Source of the DNA: Gemmatimonadota bacterium
GTDB taxonomy: Bacteria > Gemmatimonadota > Gemmatimonadetes > Gemmatimonadales > GWC2-71-9
Length of the DNA stretch: 64,000 bases
Direction of reading: 5' to 3'
Assembly: GCA_041488455.1 (NCBI GenBank)
Contig: JBGPPG010000002.1
Span: 8,662 to 72,661 of the forward strand
Of the stretch, positions 44,888 to 54,917 are shown in pieces. A model generated the notes under the pieces. That model worked only from the letters and a program-made list of their open reading frames with translations. It made no database searches and had not been told where the DNA came from. Numbering within the stretch: the first letter of the stretch is position 1; the number at the start of each line of letters is the position of its first letter. A program made the position numbers and the translations under genes.

Positions 44888-45574
44888 TTGAACCGACCAC
44901 CGGAGGGGCCCATTCGGACCGCCACCCGCCCGCGGCTCGCTGGTACGCACCATTGGAGCGACTGGCTCGGGCTCGCTGCATTTTCCGCGCTCGCGGTCAG
45001 CCTCTGGCGGCGCGCCCCCGAGTTCGGGCTGGCGGTCATCCCCGCCTTCTCGGCGGAGCTGCTCGTAGCCGCCAGCTTCCTCTTGCGCGGACCGGCCCGG
45101 CGCACCTCGGTCGGGTGGCTTCCACGCGTCGTCGCGTACGCCCACACCTTCCTGCCGATGGTATTTCTGGAGCTGGCCGGCGCCTATCACCCCGAATGGC
45201 TCACCCGCACCGCCAACCCGGCGCTCGCGACCACCGGAGGGCTGGTCTGGCTGTTTGGGGCGTTGTTGGCCCTGTGGCCATTGTGGCAGCTTCGGCGGGC
45301 GTTCAGTGTGGAGCCCCAGGCCCGGGAGCTGGTCACGACCGGGCCCTACCGCTTTGCGCGTCATCCAATCTACGCTGCGTACGCATTCGTCAATGCCGGG
45401 CTTTGGCTTCGCCACCCGACGTTGCCGTTCGGAACGGTACTCCTGGTCTGGTTCGGCCTCCTGATACTCAGGATCCGGTACGAGGAGCGGATCCTTGAGA
45501 CCACCTTTCCTGCCTACGCCGCCTACCGGGCTCGGGTAGGCGCCTTTGGTCCCCGGCCTGGCCTGACCCGATGA
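44888..45574 (+). CDS. isoprenylcysteine carboxyl methyltransferase / phospholipid methyltransferase family membrane protein
   Basis: TM segments and the signature GPYRFARHPIYAAYAFVNAGLW. Start uncertain: TTG 44888 is proposed, and the upstream part of track ORF 44549..45574 is not protein-like. Confidence 0.68.
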   Translation: MNRPPEGPIRTATRPRLAGTHHWSDWLGLAAFSALAVSLWRRAPEFGLAVIPAFSAELLVAASFLLRGPARRTSVGWLPRVVAYAHTFLPMVFLELAGAYHPEWLTRTANPALATTGGLVWLFGALLALWPLWQLRRAFSVEPQARELVTTGPYRFARHPIYAAYAFVNAGLWLRHPTLPFGTVLLVWFGLLILRIRYEERILETTFPAYAAYRARVGAFGPRPGLTR

Positions 45575-47130
45575 CCGGGGACCGCCAGCGGCCGAAGCCA
45601 TCCCTCTTCGACATCATTTTCGTCATTTGGGCCGTCGTGATTCCCGTCGGCTTCAGCGGCCGGCTCCTGAGTAGCGACGGGGACCTGGCGCGGCACCTCC
45701 GCCTCGGCGAGCTCATGCTGAGCCAGCACGCTATTCTGCGCACCGATGTCTTCTCATTCACGGCGGGGGGGAAGCCCTTCCTCGCGTTCGAGTGGGGCAG
45801 CGAAGTGGCGTACGCGGCAGCCGAGCGACTGGGCGGGCTCGCTCTGGTCGCGGTCCTCGCGGGTCTCCTGCTCGCGCTCACGTTCGCCCTCGTTGCCCGC
45901 TTCATAGTACGCCGGGGCGGCGACCCATTCCTCGCCTACTTGGTAAGCACGGCGGTTGCGGTGCTCACTGCGGGCCACTGGCTGGCGCGGCCCCATCTGT
46001 TCACGTTGGTCTTCGTGGTCCTGCTGCTCGAGCTCCTGGAGCGCGACGAACCCGCCCCGCTTTGGCTCTACCCGCTCCTCTTCGCCGTCTGGGCCAACCT
46101 CCACGGCGGCTTCACCTATGGCTTGATCCTGATCGGGGCGTACCTGGTCGGCGATCTTCTGGAGGCCTGGCAGGCGGCGGACCCCGGGCCGCGGCTCGCA
46201 TCCGCGCGCCACCGGGCACTGGCCTTGTGCCTCGCGGTTCTCGCGACCCTGGCGAACCCGAACGGGATCGGGCTGCTGGCTCACGTGGTGGCCTTTTTCG
46301 GGCAGCAGGACATCCTGCGTCAGACCAACGAGTTCCTGTCGCCCAACTTCCACACGATCAACGGCAAGATCTTCCTCCTGGTGCTGATCGCCGTCATCGG
46401 AGCCCTCGCGCTCTGCGGACGGCGGCCCGGCTGGGCCCGGCTGCTCGTGATTCTGGGCAACATCGCCATGGCGCTGGTATCCCAGCGGAACATCGAGCTG
46501 TTCGCCATCGCGGCGCTCCCGCTCGTTGCCCTGCACGTGGATCGCGAGTGGCGCGCTCTGCCGATTCTCGGGCGGGCGCGGAGCGTGTTCCAGCGGGAGT
46601 ACCGCGGCGCCTATTCCGGGCTCGCGGCCGGGCTCGTGGCCGCACTGCTGGTCGGGCTGGGGCTGCTTCACGGGCGCGTCGCGGAGATTCAGCTCATCGA
46701 GGATCGGTTCGACCCCGCGGCGTTTCCCGCCGCCGTTGCCGAGCGGGGGCGGCAGGCGGGTGTGACGGGGCCGATATTCAACGAGTTCATCTGGGGCGGA
46801 TGGATCATGCATGAGTGGCCCGAGATGCCGGTGTTCATCGACGGGGGCACGGACCACTACGGCCAGGCGCTCTTCAACGAGTACCTCCAGGTGTGGAATC
46901 TCGAGCCCGGCTGGCGTGACGTCCTGACCCGGTGGAAGATCCGCTGGGTGCTGGTGGATCCGAATACGCCCCTCGCACACGAGTTGGTGCGGGAGCCCGG
47001 TTGGGGCCTGTGGTATTGCGACTCGGTGGGCGTGATGCTGGAGCACGCCCTCGACGCGCCGGACACCGGGTCGGCGGGTCTCCAGACGCTCGGCCGGTGC
47101 TCGGCGCCGCCGGGCCGCACTCCGCGCTGA
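45571..47130 (+). CDS. polytopic membrane protein, GT-C-like glycosyltransferase candidate
   Basis: ATGA overlap with the previous gene. More than 10 TM segments. Acidic first-loop motif SSDGDLARHLRLGE, a large C-terminal soluble domain. Function inferred from architecture only. Confidence 0.55.
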   Translation: MTGDRQRPKPSLFDIIFVIWAVVIPVGFSGRLLSSDGDLARHLRLGELMLSQHAILRTDVFSFTAGGKPFLAFEWGSEVAYAAAERLGGLALVAVLAGLLLALTFALVARFIVRRGGDPFLAYLVSTAVAVLTAGHWLARPHLFTLVFVVLLLELLERDEPAPLWLYPLLFAVWANLHGGFTYGLILIGAYLVGDLLEAWQAADPGPRLASARHRALALCLAVLATLANPNGIGLLAHVVAFFGQQDILRQTNEFLSPNFHTINGKIFLLVLIAVIGALALCGRRPGWARLLVILGNIAMALVSQRNIELFAIAALPLVALHVDREWRALPILGRARSVFQREYRGAYSGLAAGLVAALLVGLGLLHGRVAEIQLIEDRFDPAAFPAAVAERGRQAGVTGPIFNEFIWGGWIMHEWPEMPVFIDGGTDHYGQALFNEYLQVWNLEPGWRDVLTRWKIRWVLVDPNTPLAHELVREPGWGLWYCDSVGVMLEHALDAPDTGSAGLQTLGRCSAPPGRTPR

Positions 47131-47143
47131 GGCCAGACGCCGC

Positions 47144-48304
47144 ATGGAGGACGCGACGGTGGCGCCCCCGGCCGAACGCCGCCTGAGCCCTTGGCGGATC
47201 CTGGCGGTGGCGGGCGTCTGGGAGGTGCTCGGCCTGGTCGCCTGGGCGATCTCGCCGGCCAGCCACTTCCTGAACATTGCGCTATGCGGCAGCCTGCTGT
47301 TGATCTTCGCCGAGCCTGATCTCGCCCGAGCGGGGCGAACCCTGCTGCTCGGCGCCGGTTTCGGCCTCGTCTGGGGCATCGCGCACCGCGGGGACCTCGG
47401 CGCTCTGCCTACCCATCCGGCGACTCTGGGGGCTTTGCTCGGCCTCGGCGCACTGGCCGACCTGGTACTGCACCCTCCGCAAGACGGCAGCGTCTCCCTG
47501 GCCGCGTTCGGGATTCCCGGGATCGTCCTGGTGGCTGTGCCGGTGATTCTCAGCATCCGGGGTCCGATGACGCAGGACGCCGTGCTGCTCGAGGCCGATC
47601 GTGCTCTCGGCGGACTCTCGAGCTACGCCGTGGCCGGCGTGTTCGGGACCTGGCCCGCGCTGGCGGCGCTTTCCCGGCTCGCCTACGTGTCGCTGCCGGT
47701 CGAGGTCGCCGTGGTGGCGCTGGTGGCGATCCGGAGCGCCCTCCCGACCATGCGGCCCGGCCGCATCATGCTGGTGTGCCTGCTCACGGGCTTCGTGGGT
47801 GCCGCGCTCTACCGGATCTGCCCGGCGACCGGGCCCGTGTACGCATTCCCGGGCTTCCCGAGCGAGCGTCCCGGAGCCCTCCCGCTGGCGGCGATGCAGG
47901 TCCCTCCAGCCTTTCCCCGCAACGCGATTCCCTCGCTCCATTTCGCCTGGGCGTGGATCGTCTGGCGCGCGGCCCGGCCCGTTCGCTGGCTCCGCTCGGC
48001 GACGCTCCTCTGGCTCGTCGGAATCAGCATCGCAGCCCTCGGGTTCGGCGAGCACTATTTGATCGATCTGATCGTGGCCGTCCCGTTCGTGACAACCCTG
48101 GAGGCCCTTGTGGCACCTGCACGCTGGTATCGGCCTCTCGCGGGCGCGCTCGTGACCCTGGCGTGGCTGGTTTACCTGGGCACGAGCGGCCGGCTGTCTC
48201 CCGCCGTCGGCTGGGTGGCGGTCATCGCGACTCTGGCCATCGGGCTGTGGGTGGCGCCCCGCCGCCCCTACGCCGCGCCGGCCCTCGCAGGAGAAGCCGC
48301 GTGA
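47144..48304 (+). CDS. PAP2 superfamily membrane protein (PAP2_3/Aur1-like motifs)
   Basis: Polytopic. Motifs AIPSLHFAWA and FGEHYLIDLIVAVPF resemble the PSxH and HYxxD motifs of PAP2_3-type phosphotransferases. Confidence 0.6.
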   Translation: MEDATVAPPAERRLSPWRILAVAGVWEVLGLVAWAISPASHFLNIALCGSLLLIFAEPDLARAGRTLLLGAGFGLVWGIAHRGDLGALPTHPATLGALLGLGALADLVLHPPQDGSVSLAAFGIPGIVLVAVPVILSIRGPMTQDAVLLEADRALGGLSSYAVAGVFGTWPALAALSRLAYVSLPVEVAVVALVAIRSALPTMRPGRIMLVCLLTGFVGAALYRICPATGPVYAFPGFPSERPGALPLAAMQVPPAFPRNAIPSLHFAWAWIVWRAARPVRWLRSATLLWLVGISIAALGFGEHYLIDLIVAVPFVTTLEALVAPARWYRPLAGALVTLAWLVYLGTSGRLSPAVGWVAVIATLAIGLWVAPRRPYAAPALAGEAA

Positions 48305-48945
48305 CGTCACGCGCCGAGGTGCCCGTTGGCGGCGCGGCGTTGGTCAGGGAGGACGTTCTCCTTCGGGTCGTGTTCCTGGTCTCTGGCTTCGCCGCGATTC
48401 TCTACCAGGTGGTCTGGCAGCGCACGCTGTTCACCCTCATCGGAATTACGATCGAGGCCGTGACGCTCATCGTCACCGCCTTCATCCTGGGCCTCGGGAT
48501 CGGAAGCCTCCTGGGGGGCAGGCTCTCCCGAGCGGAACCTCGCCGGCTTGTCCTCCGCTTCGCCGCGGTGGAGCTCGGTGTCGGCCTGTTCGGGGCGATC
48601 TCGCTGCCGCTGCTGCACGCCGTCGGGCGGTGGACGCTGGGCCTGCCGCCGGCGGCGACCGCCGCGGTCACATTCGCCGCGATCCTCCCGCCGACCATGG
48701 GGATGGGGGCAACCCTGCCGATTCTCGTCGCCTACTACGTCCGCCGGTTCGGCAATGTCGGCAGTGCGGTCGGCGGCCTCTACTTCATCAACACCCTCGG
48801 CTCCGCCGTCGCGGCGTTCGCGGCCGCCTACTCCCTGATGCCACTGCTGGGGCAGACCCGCGTGGTGTGGCTGGCGGCCGGTTGCAACCTGATCGTCGCG
48901 GCGACAGCGGCACTAGGCCTGCGCGGGAAGGCGAGGCAGCCGTGA
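48301..48945 (+). CDS. membrane module paralogous to the N-terminus of spermidine-synthase-like fusion proteins (no catalytic domain)
   Basis: GTG in a GTGA overlap with the previous stop. SGFAAILYQVVWQRTLF, GATLPILVAYY and LYFINTLGSAVAAF parallel the N-terminal half of the next gene. Confidence 0.65.
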   Translation: MTSRAEVPVGGAALVREDVLLRVVFLVSGFAAILYQVVWQRTLFTLIGITIEAVTLIVTAFILGLGIGSLLGGRLSRAEPRRLVLRFAAVELGVGLFGAISLPLLHAVGRWTLGLPPAATAAVTFAAILPPTMGMGATLPILVAYYVRRFGNVGSAVGGLYFINTLGSAVAAFAAAYSLMPLLGQTRVVWLAAGCNLIVAATAALGLRGKARQP

Positions 48946-50507
48946 GCATGACCCTCGCCCTCGCAGTCGCCGCGCTCAGCGGGTTCGTCGCGCTGTCGTA
49001 CGAGATTCTCTGGTACCGGCTCTTCGCCTTTGCGGCGGGCGGCACCGCTCCGGCGTTTGCCCTGCTGCTCGGCTTCTACCTGTACGGGCTCGCCGCGGGG
49101 GGGCTGCTGGCGCGCAGGATCTGCCGGGGCAAGGCCGCCGGAGCGAGCCGTCAGCGCCTTCTCGCCCTGGCCGCCTTCACCGTGGCCGCCAACGCGGTCG
49201 GCTACCTCGTGGTACCTGCACTCACGTCGGCCTGCACGATTGGGGGCTGCTTTATCGCCCTTCCGGCAGTTGCGCTCTCGACGGTGTTGCTGGGGGCGAC
49301 GCTGCCCCTGGTGAGCCACGCCGCGATTCCGCCCGACTGGCAGGCGGGCTCGCGCCTTTCGATCCTCTACTTCGCCAACATCCTGGGCTCGGCGGCGGGG
49401 AGCCTGATCACTGGCTACGGATTGATGGAGTGGTGGCCGTCCAGCCGCATCGCGGTGTTCATCGCGCTGGTGGGGCTGGGGCTGGCGGCCGTGTTCCTGC
49501 GCGCCGGCCGCGCGCCGGCGGCCGCCTATGTCGGGCTGGTGCTCGCGGCGGCAGGCTCGGTCCTGGCCACGCCGCGACTCTTCGACCAGCTCTACGAAAA
49601 GCTGCTGTTCAAGCAGCGTTTTCGCCCCGAGCTCCGGTTCGCGAACACGCTGGAGAACCGGGCCGGCGTGATCAACATCATGCCGTCGGGCCGGGTGTTC
49701 GGCGGCGGCGTCTATGACGGATACGCGCGGATCGATCTCGTGAGCGACCCCAACCTGCTCGTGCGGGTGGTGGCGATTCCGGCGTTCCATCCGCAGCCGA
49801 AGCGCGTCCTCGCGATCGGTCTCTCGATGGGCGCCTGGGAGCAGATCCTGGCGAACCTGCCGGGCGTCGAGCACCTCACCGTGGTCGAGATCAATCGGGG
49901 ATACCTCGCGCTGATCCCGCGGTACCCCGACGTCGCGAGCCTGCTGCACAACCCCAAGGTGACGATCGTCATCGACGACGGACGCCGCTGGCTCAATCAT
50001 CATCCCGACGAGCGCTTCGATCTGATCGTCGCCAACATCTCCTTCCATTGGCGCGAGCACGCGACCAACCTGCTCTCCCGCGAGTTCCTCGAGCTCATGC
50101 GCAACCATCTCGCCCCGGGCGGGGTGTATTACTACAACACGACGTCTTCAGCCGATGCCCTCAAGACGGCGTTCACGGTGTTCCCCTACGGCCTGCGGTT
50201 CATGAACTTCGCCGCGGTGAGCGACAGCCCCCTCCCGTTCGACACCGATGCCTGGCGACGAGGCCTCGAGGCGCTGCGGATCGACGGCCGCCCCGCCCTG
50301 GATCTCACGGACCCCGCACACCAGCGCCGGCTGGACCAGATTCTCGCGCTCGCCGACCCGGCCATCGCGCCACCCACCGGCATGCCGGCGCCGACGGTCG
50401 AATCACGGGAGGACGCCCTCCGGGGCGCAGGCGCGGCGCGCGTGATCACCGACGACAACATGGCTACGGAGTGGAGGGTGTGGACGCTGGGCGCCTGGGA
50501 CCCCTGA
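48942..50507 (+). CDS. fused polytopic membrane / spermidine synthase-like (class I SAM-fold) protein
   Basis: GTG 48942 in a GTGA overlap (or ATG 48948). N-terminal TM module (SGFVALSYEILWYRLFA). C-terminal Rossmann-like part (RVLAIGLSMGAWEQILANLPGVEHLTVVEINRGY, DLIVANISFHW). Confidence 0.72.
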   Translation: MSMTLALAVAALSGFVALSYEILWYRLFAFAAGGTAPAFALLLGFYLYGLAAGGLLARRICRGKAAGASRQRLLALAAFTVAANAVGYLVVPALTSACTIGGCFIALPAVALSTVLLGATLPLVSHAAIPPDWQAGSRLSILYFANILGSAAGSLITGYGLMEWWPSSRIAVFIALVGLGLAAVFLRAGRAPAAAYVGLVLAAAGSVLATPRLFDQLYEKLLFKQRFRPELRFANTLENRAGVINIMPSGRVFGGGVYDGYARIDLVSDPNLLVRVVAIPAFHPQPKRVLAIGLSMGAWEQILANLPGVEHLTVVEINRGYLALIPRYPDVASLLHNPKVTIVIDDGRRWLNHHPDERFDLIVANISFHWREHATNLLSREFLELMRNHLAPGGVYYYNTTSSADALKTAFTVFPYGLRFMNFAAVSDSPLPFDTDAWRRGLEALRIDGRPALDLTDPAHQRRLDQILALADPAIAPPTGMPAPTVESREDALRGAGAARVITDDNMATEWRVWTLGAWDP

Positions 50508-50520
50508 GCAGCGGGTAAAG

Positions 50521-52323
50521 TCAGGCGCCGCGCGGCGCCGACGCAGCGCGGCGATCCCGCACGGCGATGAGAGCCCAGAGCACGCCGAACAGCACGACAC
50601 CGGCTAGAAACCGCGGGTCCGCGATCTGGAGGTGCATCCCGCTCAAGGAGCCTGTCCGTATCTCCAACGTCCCGGGATCGGCCGACGGCGGCGGCCCGGT
50701 GCGTGCGGCGCCCGCCGGAATCTCGCCGTAGACCAGATATTCCCCCTCCTCCGCGATCAGCTCGTACCCCTCGAAGAGCCGCGCCAGCTCCGGATCGCGC
50801 CCGAAGTAGCGGATGTACTGGAAACGCCGGAGTCCGTTCCGGGGCACATCGTGCGCGGGCCGGAGCACCAGCAGTAGCGCGGGCCTGGCCTGGAGCAGGT
50901 CTTGCCGCACCGCGTCCCACATGAACCGCTCCGGCATCGCCATCTCGGCCGGGTCCCGGTAGTCGAGTGGGGCTCCCGCGACGAGGGCGTCCCAGTAGCT
51001 GGCCGGCAGCAGCCAAAGGTGGGGGAAGCGCGACGCCAGACGTACGCCCGCATAGGTGATGAGCGGGAAGGCGCCGTCGAGATGATAGGACAGGACGCCG
51101 ACCGGCCGGCCGGCCGCGTGGGACCGGATGAATCGGGCGCGCGCATACAGGTCCTCCCGGGCCTCGCGCTCGGACGGACTGCCGCCCAGCGCGTCGATCG
51201 CGGCCCCCCCCAACGTCAGGAGCGCGAGCGTGAGTGCCGCAGCCCGGGAGACCTGGCTGTAGACCCGCTCGCTGAGGCGCACCGCCCGGGGCGGCCCGTC
51301 GAGAGCGATGAGCCCAAGCAGGACGTACGCGAGGGCCTCGGCGGGATAGAAGTGATATGGAAGGCCCTTCTGCTGAGCCACCCCAGCCAGATAGCAGCCG
51401 ACGACCCCAGTCGTGAGCACCGCGGTGAGAATCTGATCGCGCTCGTATCGCTGGAGCGCCACGTGCGCCAGGAGCGCCAGAAAGACCACAGCGGCGCCGG
51501 GCGCGAACAGAATCAGGGACGAAAGCGGCTCACGCAGGTAGCGGACGTACGTGGGCCCCAGCTCCATCGCCACCTTGAAGTATTCCGGCGTGAGCAGGGC
51601 GATCGCGCCGACGTAGGCGGCCAGCAGCGCGAATGTGCCGGCCAGCTCCGGGCTGAGCCGCCAACGGTCGGCGGGTCGGCGCAGGCGCTGGTAGCCCTCG
51701 AGGGCCAGCCATGCGAGCCCGAAATGCGGCTTGAGCGCGAGCGCAAGGCCGGCGAGGAGCCCAATGGCCGCCGCCTCATAGAACCGCACGGCGGGCGCGC
51801 GCCCGGCTACCCGCGCGGCCACGAGGAGCAGGTAAGGAGCGAGCAGCGCCAGCACGAAGTGCTCGCGCTGTCCGAAGTCGTCGCCGGAGAACGGGAACAG
51901 CGCGAAGAAGAGCAGGAGGAGGAGCCAGCGTCTGAACGCTGGATCGTCGCGCACGAGATAACGGCCAACCAGGCGAGCGCAGAAGCAGAACAGCGCCACG
52001 ACGACCGCGAACGTGGCCACCCGATAGACGAAGAACTCGGAGAGGTGCCACGCTCGCGCCAGGAACGCCACCCCGACATTGAGCCAGACGATCAGGGGCG
52101 GATTGATCTCGACGATGTCACGATAGAGCCGGGCACCATCCAGCACTCTCCCGCCCGCGTAGAGCAGGAACGCCATGTCCGGAGACGCCGCGCGCGACAC
52201 CTGGGCGGCGAGCGTCAGCGCGCCGAGCGCGAACAACGCCGCCCGGAAGAGCGATCGATGGCCGGCTTCGCCGTTTACCAATCGGCCTCGGCCGCCGAGC
52301 GGACGACCCGCGGCGATCCGCAT
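50521..52323 (-). CDS. polytopic GT-C glycosyltransferase, GT87/DUF2029-like (polyprenol-P-mannose-dependent mannosyltransferase-like)
   Basis: First-loop motif DMAFLLYAGGRVLDGARLYRDIVEINPPL resembles the DUF2029/PimE-like signature. Many TM segments. TTG 52281 is the likelier start (7-nt overlap instead of 49). Confidence 0.6.
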   Translation of the reverse strand: MRIAAGRPLGGRGRLVNGEAGHRSLFRAALFALGALTLAAQVSRAASPDMAFLLYAGGRVLDGARLYRDIVEINPPLIVWLNVGVAFLARAWHLSEFFVYRVATFAVVVALFCFCARLVGRYLVRDDPAFRRWLLLLLFFALFPFSGDDFGQREHFVLALLAPYLLLVAARVAGRAPAVRFYEAAAIGLLAGLALALKPHFGLAWLALEGYQRLRRPADRWRLSPELAGTFALLAAYVGAIALLTPEYFKVAMELGPTYVRYLREPLSSLILFAPGAAVVFLALLAHVALQRYERDQILTAVLTTGVVGCYLAGVAQQKGLPYHFYPAEALAYVLLGLIALDGPPRAVRLSERVYSQVSRAAALTLALLTLGGAAIDALGGSPSEREAREDLYARARFIRSHAAGRPVGVLSYHLDGAFPLITYAGVRLASRFPHLWLLPASYWDALVAGAPLDYRDPAEMAMPERFMWDAVRQDLLQARPALLLVLRPAHDVPRNGLRRFQYIRYFGRDPELARLFEGYELIAEEGEYLVYGEIPAGAARTGPPPSADPGTLEIRTGSLSGMHLQIADPRFLAGVVLFGVLWALIAVRDRRAASAPRGA

Positions 52324-54044
52324 GCGCCGGGAGTCATGGGGCGCACCATGCGCGCGAGCGTGTAGTCCATTCCCTCAAGCAAGTCGGTGGGGCAGAGCCC
52401 GGTTGCCCCGCGCAGCCCCTCCCCAAGACCGCGCGATCGAAGCGTCAGGACCCAGACGGCTGGGTCGGCGGCCGCTCGGATCCGGCGACCCTCGTTCGTC
52501 ATCCAGTTCGTGTCCGGCGCCGCGCCGGTCAGACCCACGCCGTGGCGCCACTGGGCACCGTGCGAGAGTCCGACGACCTCGTGTCCGCCCCACAGCGGAT
52601 AGACCAGGCTGTCACCCTCGTCGTGGATCGCGTGCGATCGGGGTGGGGCGTTCTCGAATGCCGGGCCCCCGAAGCTCGCAAGCCGCGCCATGCGGGCCAA
52701 CCGGACCGTATCGGGAGCCCGCCAATCGGTGGTGTAGAAGGTCCAGCCCGGCAGCGCTTCGGCGAACAGGTAGATCGCGTCCCCGGGTGCCCGGCGCTCC
52801 CGATACGTCCGGGCTGCCTCCGGGATGCTCTCGAATGCCCGGTGCCGCGCGAGCCAGCTGTCGAGGAGGACGGGAGAGCCGAACAGGCACACCCCGGTCA
52901 GGCCGGCCACAGCCGGTCGCCGGGCGGGTGGGAAGGACCGGACAAGCCCCAGCCCGCCCGCGGCAGCCGCCAACATGAGGAAGGGAACCGAGAACAGCAT
53001 CGTTCGCCCGGCAAGCGGGTACTTGCCCAGGAGCGACGCCGCGACCGCGACGGCGACCGGGGCATAGAGCAACGCAGCGCGCATGGCGCCCGCCCAACGC
53101 GCGAGCCGACTCATACCGAACGCGAGGAGGAAGAGAAACGGTGCGCTTCCCAGATCCACAGCCAGCTGGAGAGTTCCGGGAGCGCCGGGCTCGGTTGCAC
53201 CGCCGAAGAAGGTCTGCCAGACGACCTCGCGGGTGCCCTGCCATGCGCGCGCGAGCAGGCCGGGCCGCCAGAGCGTGAGGAGGCTGTCTTCCCAGAAGTG
53301 TCGGATGTAGGGATTCTCTTCCGCGGGGCGGTAAATCCACAGGTACGCTGCGGCGAACGAGAACAGGGCTGCCGCGCCCGCCGCTGCCAGCACGGGGCGG
53401 GGTGGTCGCTGCGCTCCTGGTGCCGCCGCCAGAGCCAGCAGCACCCCAGCCAGAACGAAGATGGCGGGAGTCGACAGCCACACGGCCACGACGCCGGCCA
53501 GCGTCAGCCGCCGCGCCGCGCGCGGATCGCCCGGCGCCTCCAGCCAGTCGAGCGCCCACCACACGAGCGCCAACGCGACCACGGCGTCGAGCGAGTACGG
53601 CTTCACCTGGCGGCAGTACTGGAGCAGCAGCGGGGAGACCGCGGCGATCCCGAGCGCGATTGCCGCGCCCGGCGGGCCGATCACCCTTCGCCCTACGAGC
53701 CATAGGAGCGGAAGCACGGTGATGCTGGCGAGAAACGGCAACAGCCTCAACGAGTACTCGTTCACGCCGCCGATCAGGGTGACGAGCTTCTCGGCCCAGA
53801 GGAAGAGCAGCGGCGCCGACTGGTCATAGCCCAGCGGGCGGGTGAGACCGATCCACGAGCTGCCGGCGATGTCGAGCGACAGCCGAGCCTCGTCGAGAAG
53901 GAGCGGAGGGCGTGAGAAGTACTGGACGCTGTACATGCCCACGGCCACGAGTCCCGCCAGCCCCGCCAACGCGCGCGGCCAGTCGAATCCCGGCGTCGGC
54001 CGATCGCCCACGTTCGCCCGCGCGTCCGCGGCGGCGGTCGCCAC
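52275..54044 (-). CDS. polytopic GT-C glycosyltransferase, ArnT/PMT-like (GT39/GT83-like)
   Basis: N-terminal loop LLLDEARLSLD (DE motif). About 12 TM segments. A C-terminal soluble domain. Lies directly downstream of a GT2 polyprenyl-phosphate glycosyltransferase. Confidence 0.65.
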   Translation of the reverse strand: MATAAADARANVGDRPTPGFDWPRALAGLAGLVAVGMYSVQYFSRPPLLLDEARLSLDIAGSSWIGLTRPLGYDQSAPLLFLWAEKLVTLIGGVNEYSLRLLPFLASITVLPLLWLVGRRVIGPPGAAIALGIAAVSPLLLQYCRQVKPYSLDAVVALALVWWALDWLEAPGDPRAARRLTLAGVVAVWLSTPAIFVLAGVLLALAAAPGAQRPPRPVLAAAGAAALFSFAAAYLWIYRPAEENPYIRHFWEDSLLTLWRPGLLARAWQGTREVVWQTFFGGATEPGAPGTLQLAVDLGSAPFLFLLAFGMSRLARWAGAMRAALLYAPVAVAVAASLLGKYPLAGRTMLFSVPFLMLAAAAGGLGLVRSFPPARRPAVAGLTGVCLFGSPVLLDSWLARHRAFESIPEAARTYRERRAPGDAIYLFAEALPGWTFYTTDWRAPDTVRLARMARLASFGGPAFENAPPRSHAIHDEGDSLVYPLWGGHEVVGLSHGAQWRHGVGLTGAAPDTNWMTNEGRRIRAAADPAVWVLTLRSRGLGEGLRGATGLCPTDLLEGMDYTLARMVRPMTPGACGSPRVVRSAAEADW

Positions 54045-54047
54045 GCC

Positions 54048-54818
54048 CTATCCGCGGGTCACCGCGCGCTCGACGCCCGCCTGGCCCAGCACAGCCGCCG
54101 CGTCGGCCGGTTGCCCCGGGGGCACGATCAGGTTGAACCGGAGGATGTGCCAGAGCGCCGCAACCCCGTCCCGCCAGCCGATCTTCTTCCCCTCAGCGTA
54201 CGTCCGGCCGGAGTAGGAGATCGACACCTCCCAGATCCGCGCCCCGACCTGCGCCAGCCGCGCCGTGAGCTCGGGCTCGAACCCGAACCGGTCGCTGGTG
54301 AGCACCAGCGATTTCATGAGCGGCGCCCGCACCATCTTGTAGCACGTCTCCATGTCGGTCAGGTTCAGATCGGTGAACATGTTCGACAGGAGCGTCAGCA
54401 CGCTGTTGCCGACCGAGTGCCAGAAGTAGAGCACGCGGTGGTCGCCGCCGAGAAACCGGGAGCCGAACACCGCATCCGCCTTCCCGTCGCGAATCGGCTG
54501 GAGGAGCCGGGGCAGCTCCGCCGGGTCGTACTCCAGGTCGGCGTCCTGCACCACGATCACGTCGCCCGTCGCCCGGGCGATCCCGGTCCGGATCGCGGCG
54601 CCCTTGCCGCGGTTCCGCGGGTGGTGGAGCACGACGTCCACGACGCCCTCCTCGCGCAGCCCCTCCAGGAGCGCACCCGAGCCATCCGCCGACGCATCGT
54701 TGACCGTGATGAGCTCGAGGTTGAGCGGCACCGCGCGGACCCGCCGCACCAGGTCAGCCACGGTGCGGGCCTCGTTATAAACCGGAATGATGACGGACAC
54801 GCGCTGGGACGGAGTCAT
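54048..54818 (-). CDS. GT2 family polyprenol-phosphate glycosyltransferase (Dpm1/Ppm1/ArnC-like)
   Basis: [14 protein letters not shown], a DAD motif ([11 protein letters not shown]), and about 250 aa without a TM domain. Confidence 0.85.
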   Translation of the reverse strand: MTPSQRVSVIIPVYNEARTVADLVRRVRAVPLNLELITVNDASADGSGALLEGLREEGVVDVVLHHPRNRGKGAAIRTGIARATGDVIVVQDADLEYDPAELPRLLQPIRDGKADAVFGSRFLGGDHRVLYFWHSVGNSVLTLLSNMFTDLNLTDMETCYKMVRAPLMKSLVLTSDRFGFEPELTARLAQVGARIWEVSISYSGRTYAEGKKIGWRDGVAALWHILRFNLIVPPGQPADAAAVLGQAGVERAVTRG

Positions 54819-54917
54819 GGCTCCTTGGCTGCGTTGGGGGCGACGCCGAGCATCAGGCCGTGAGCAAAGATCGTAAGCTCCTCGCCGGCGATCCAGACCC
54901 TCCCCGGGGCGGCAACT

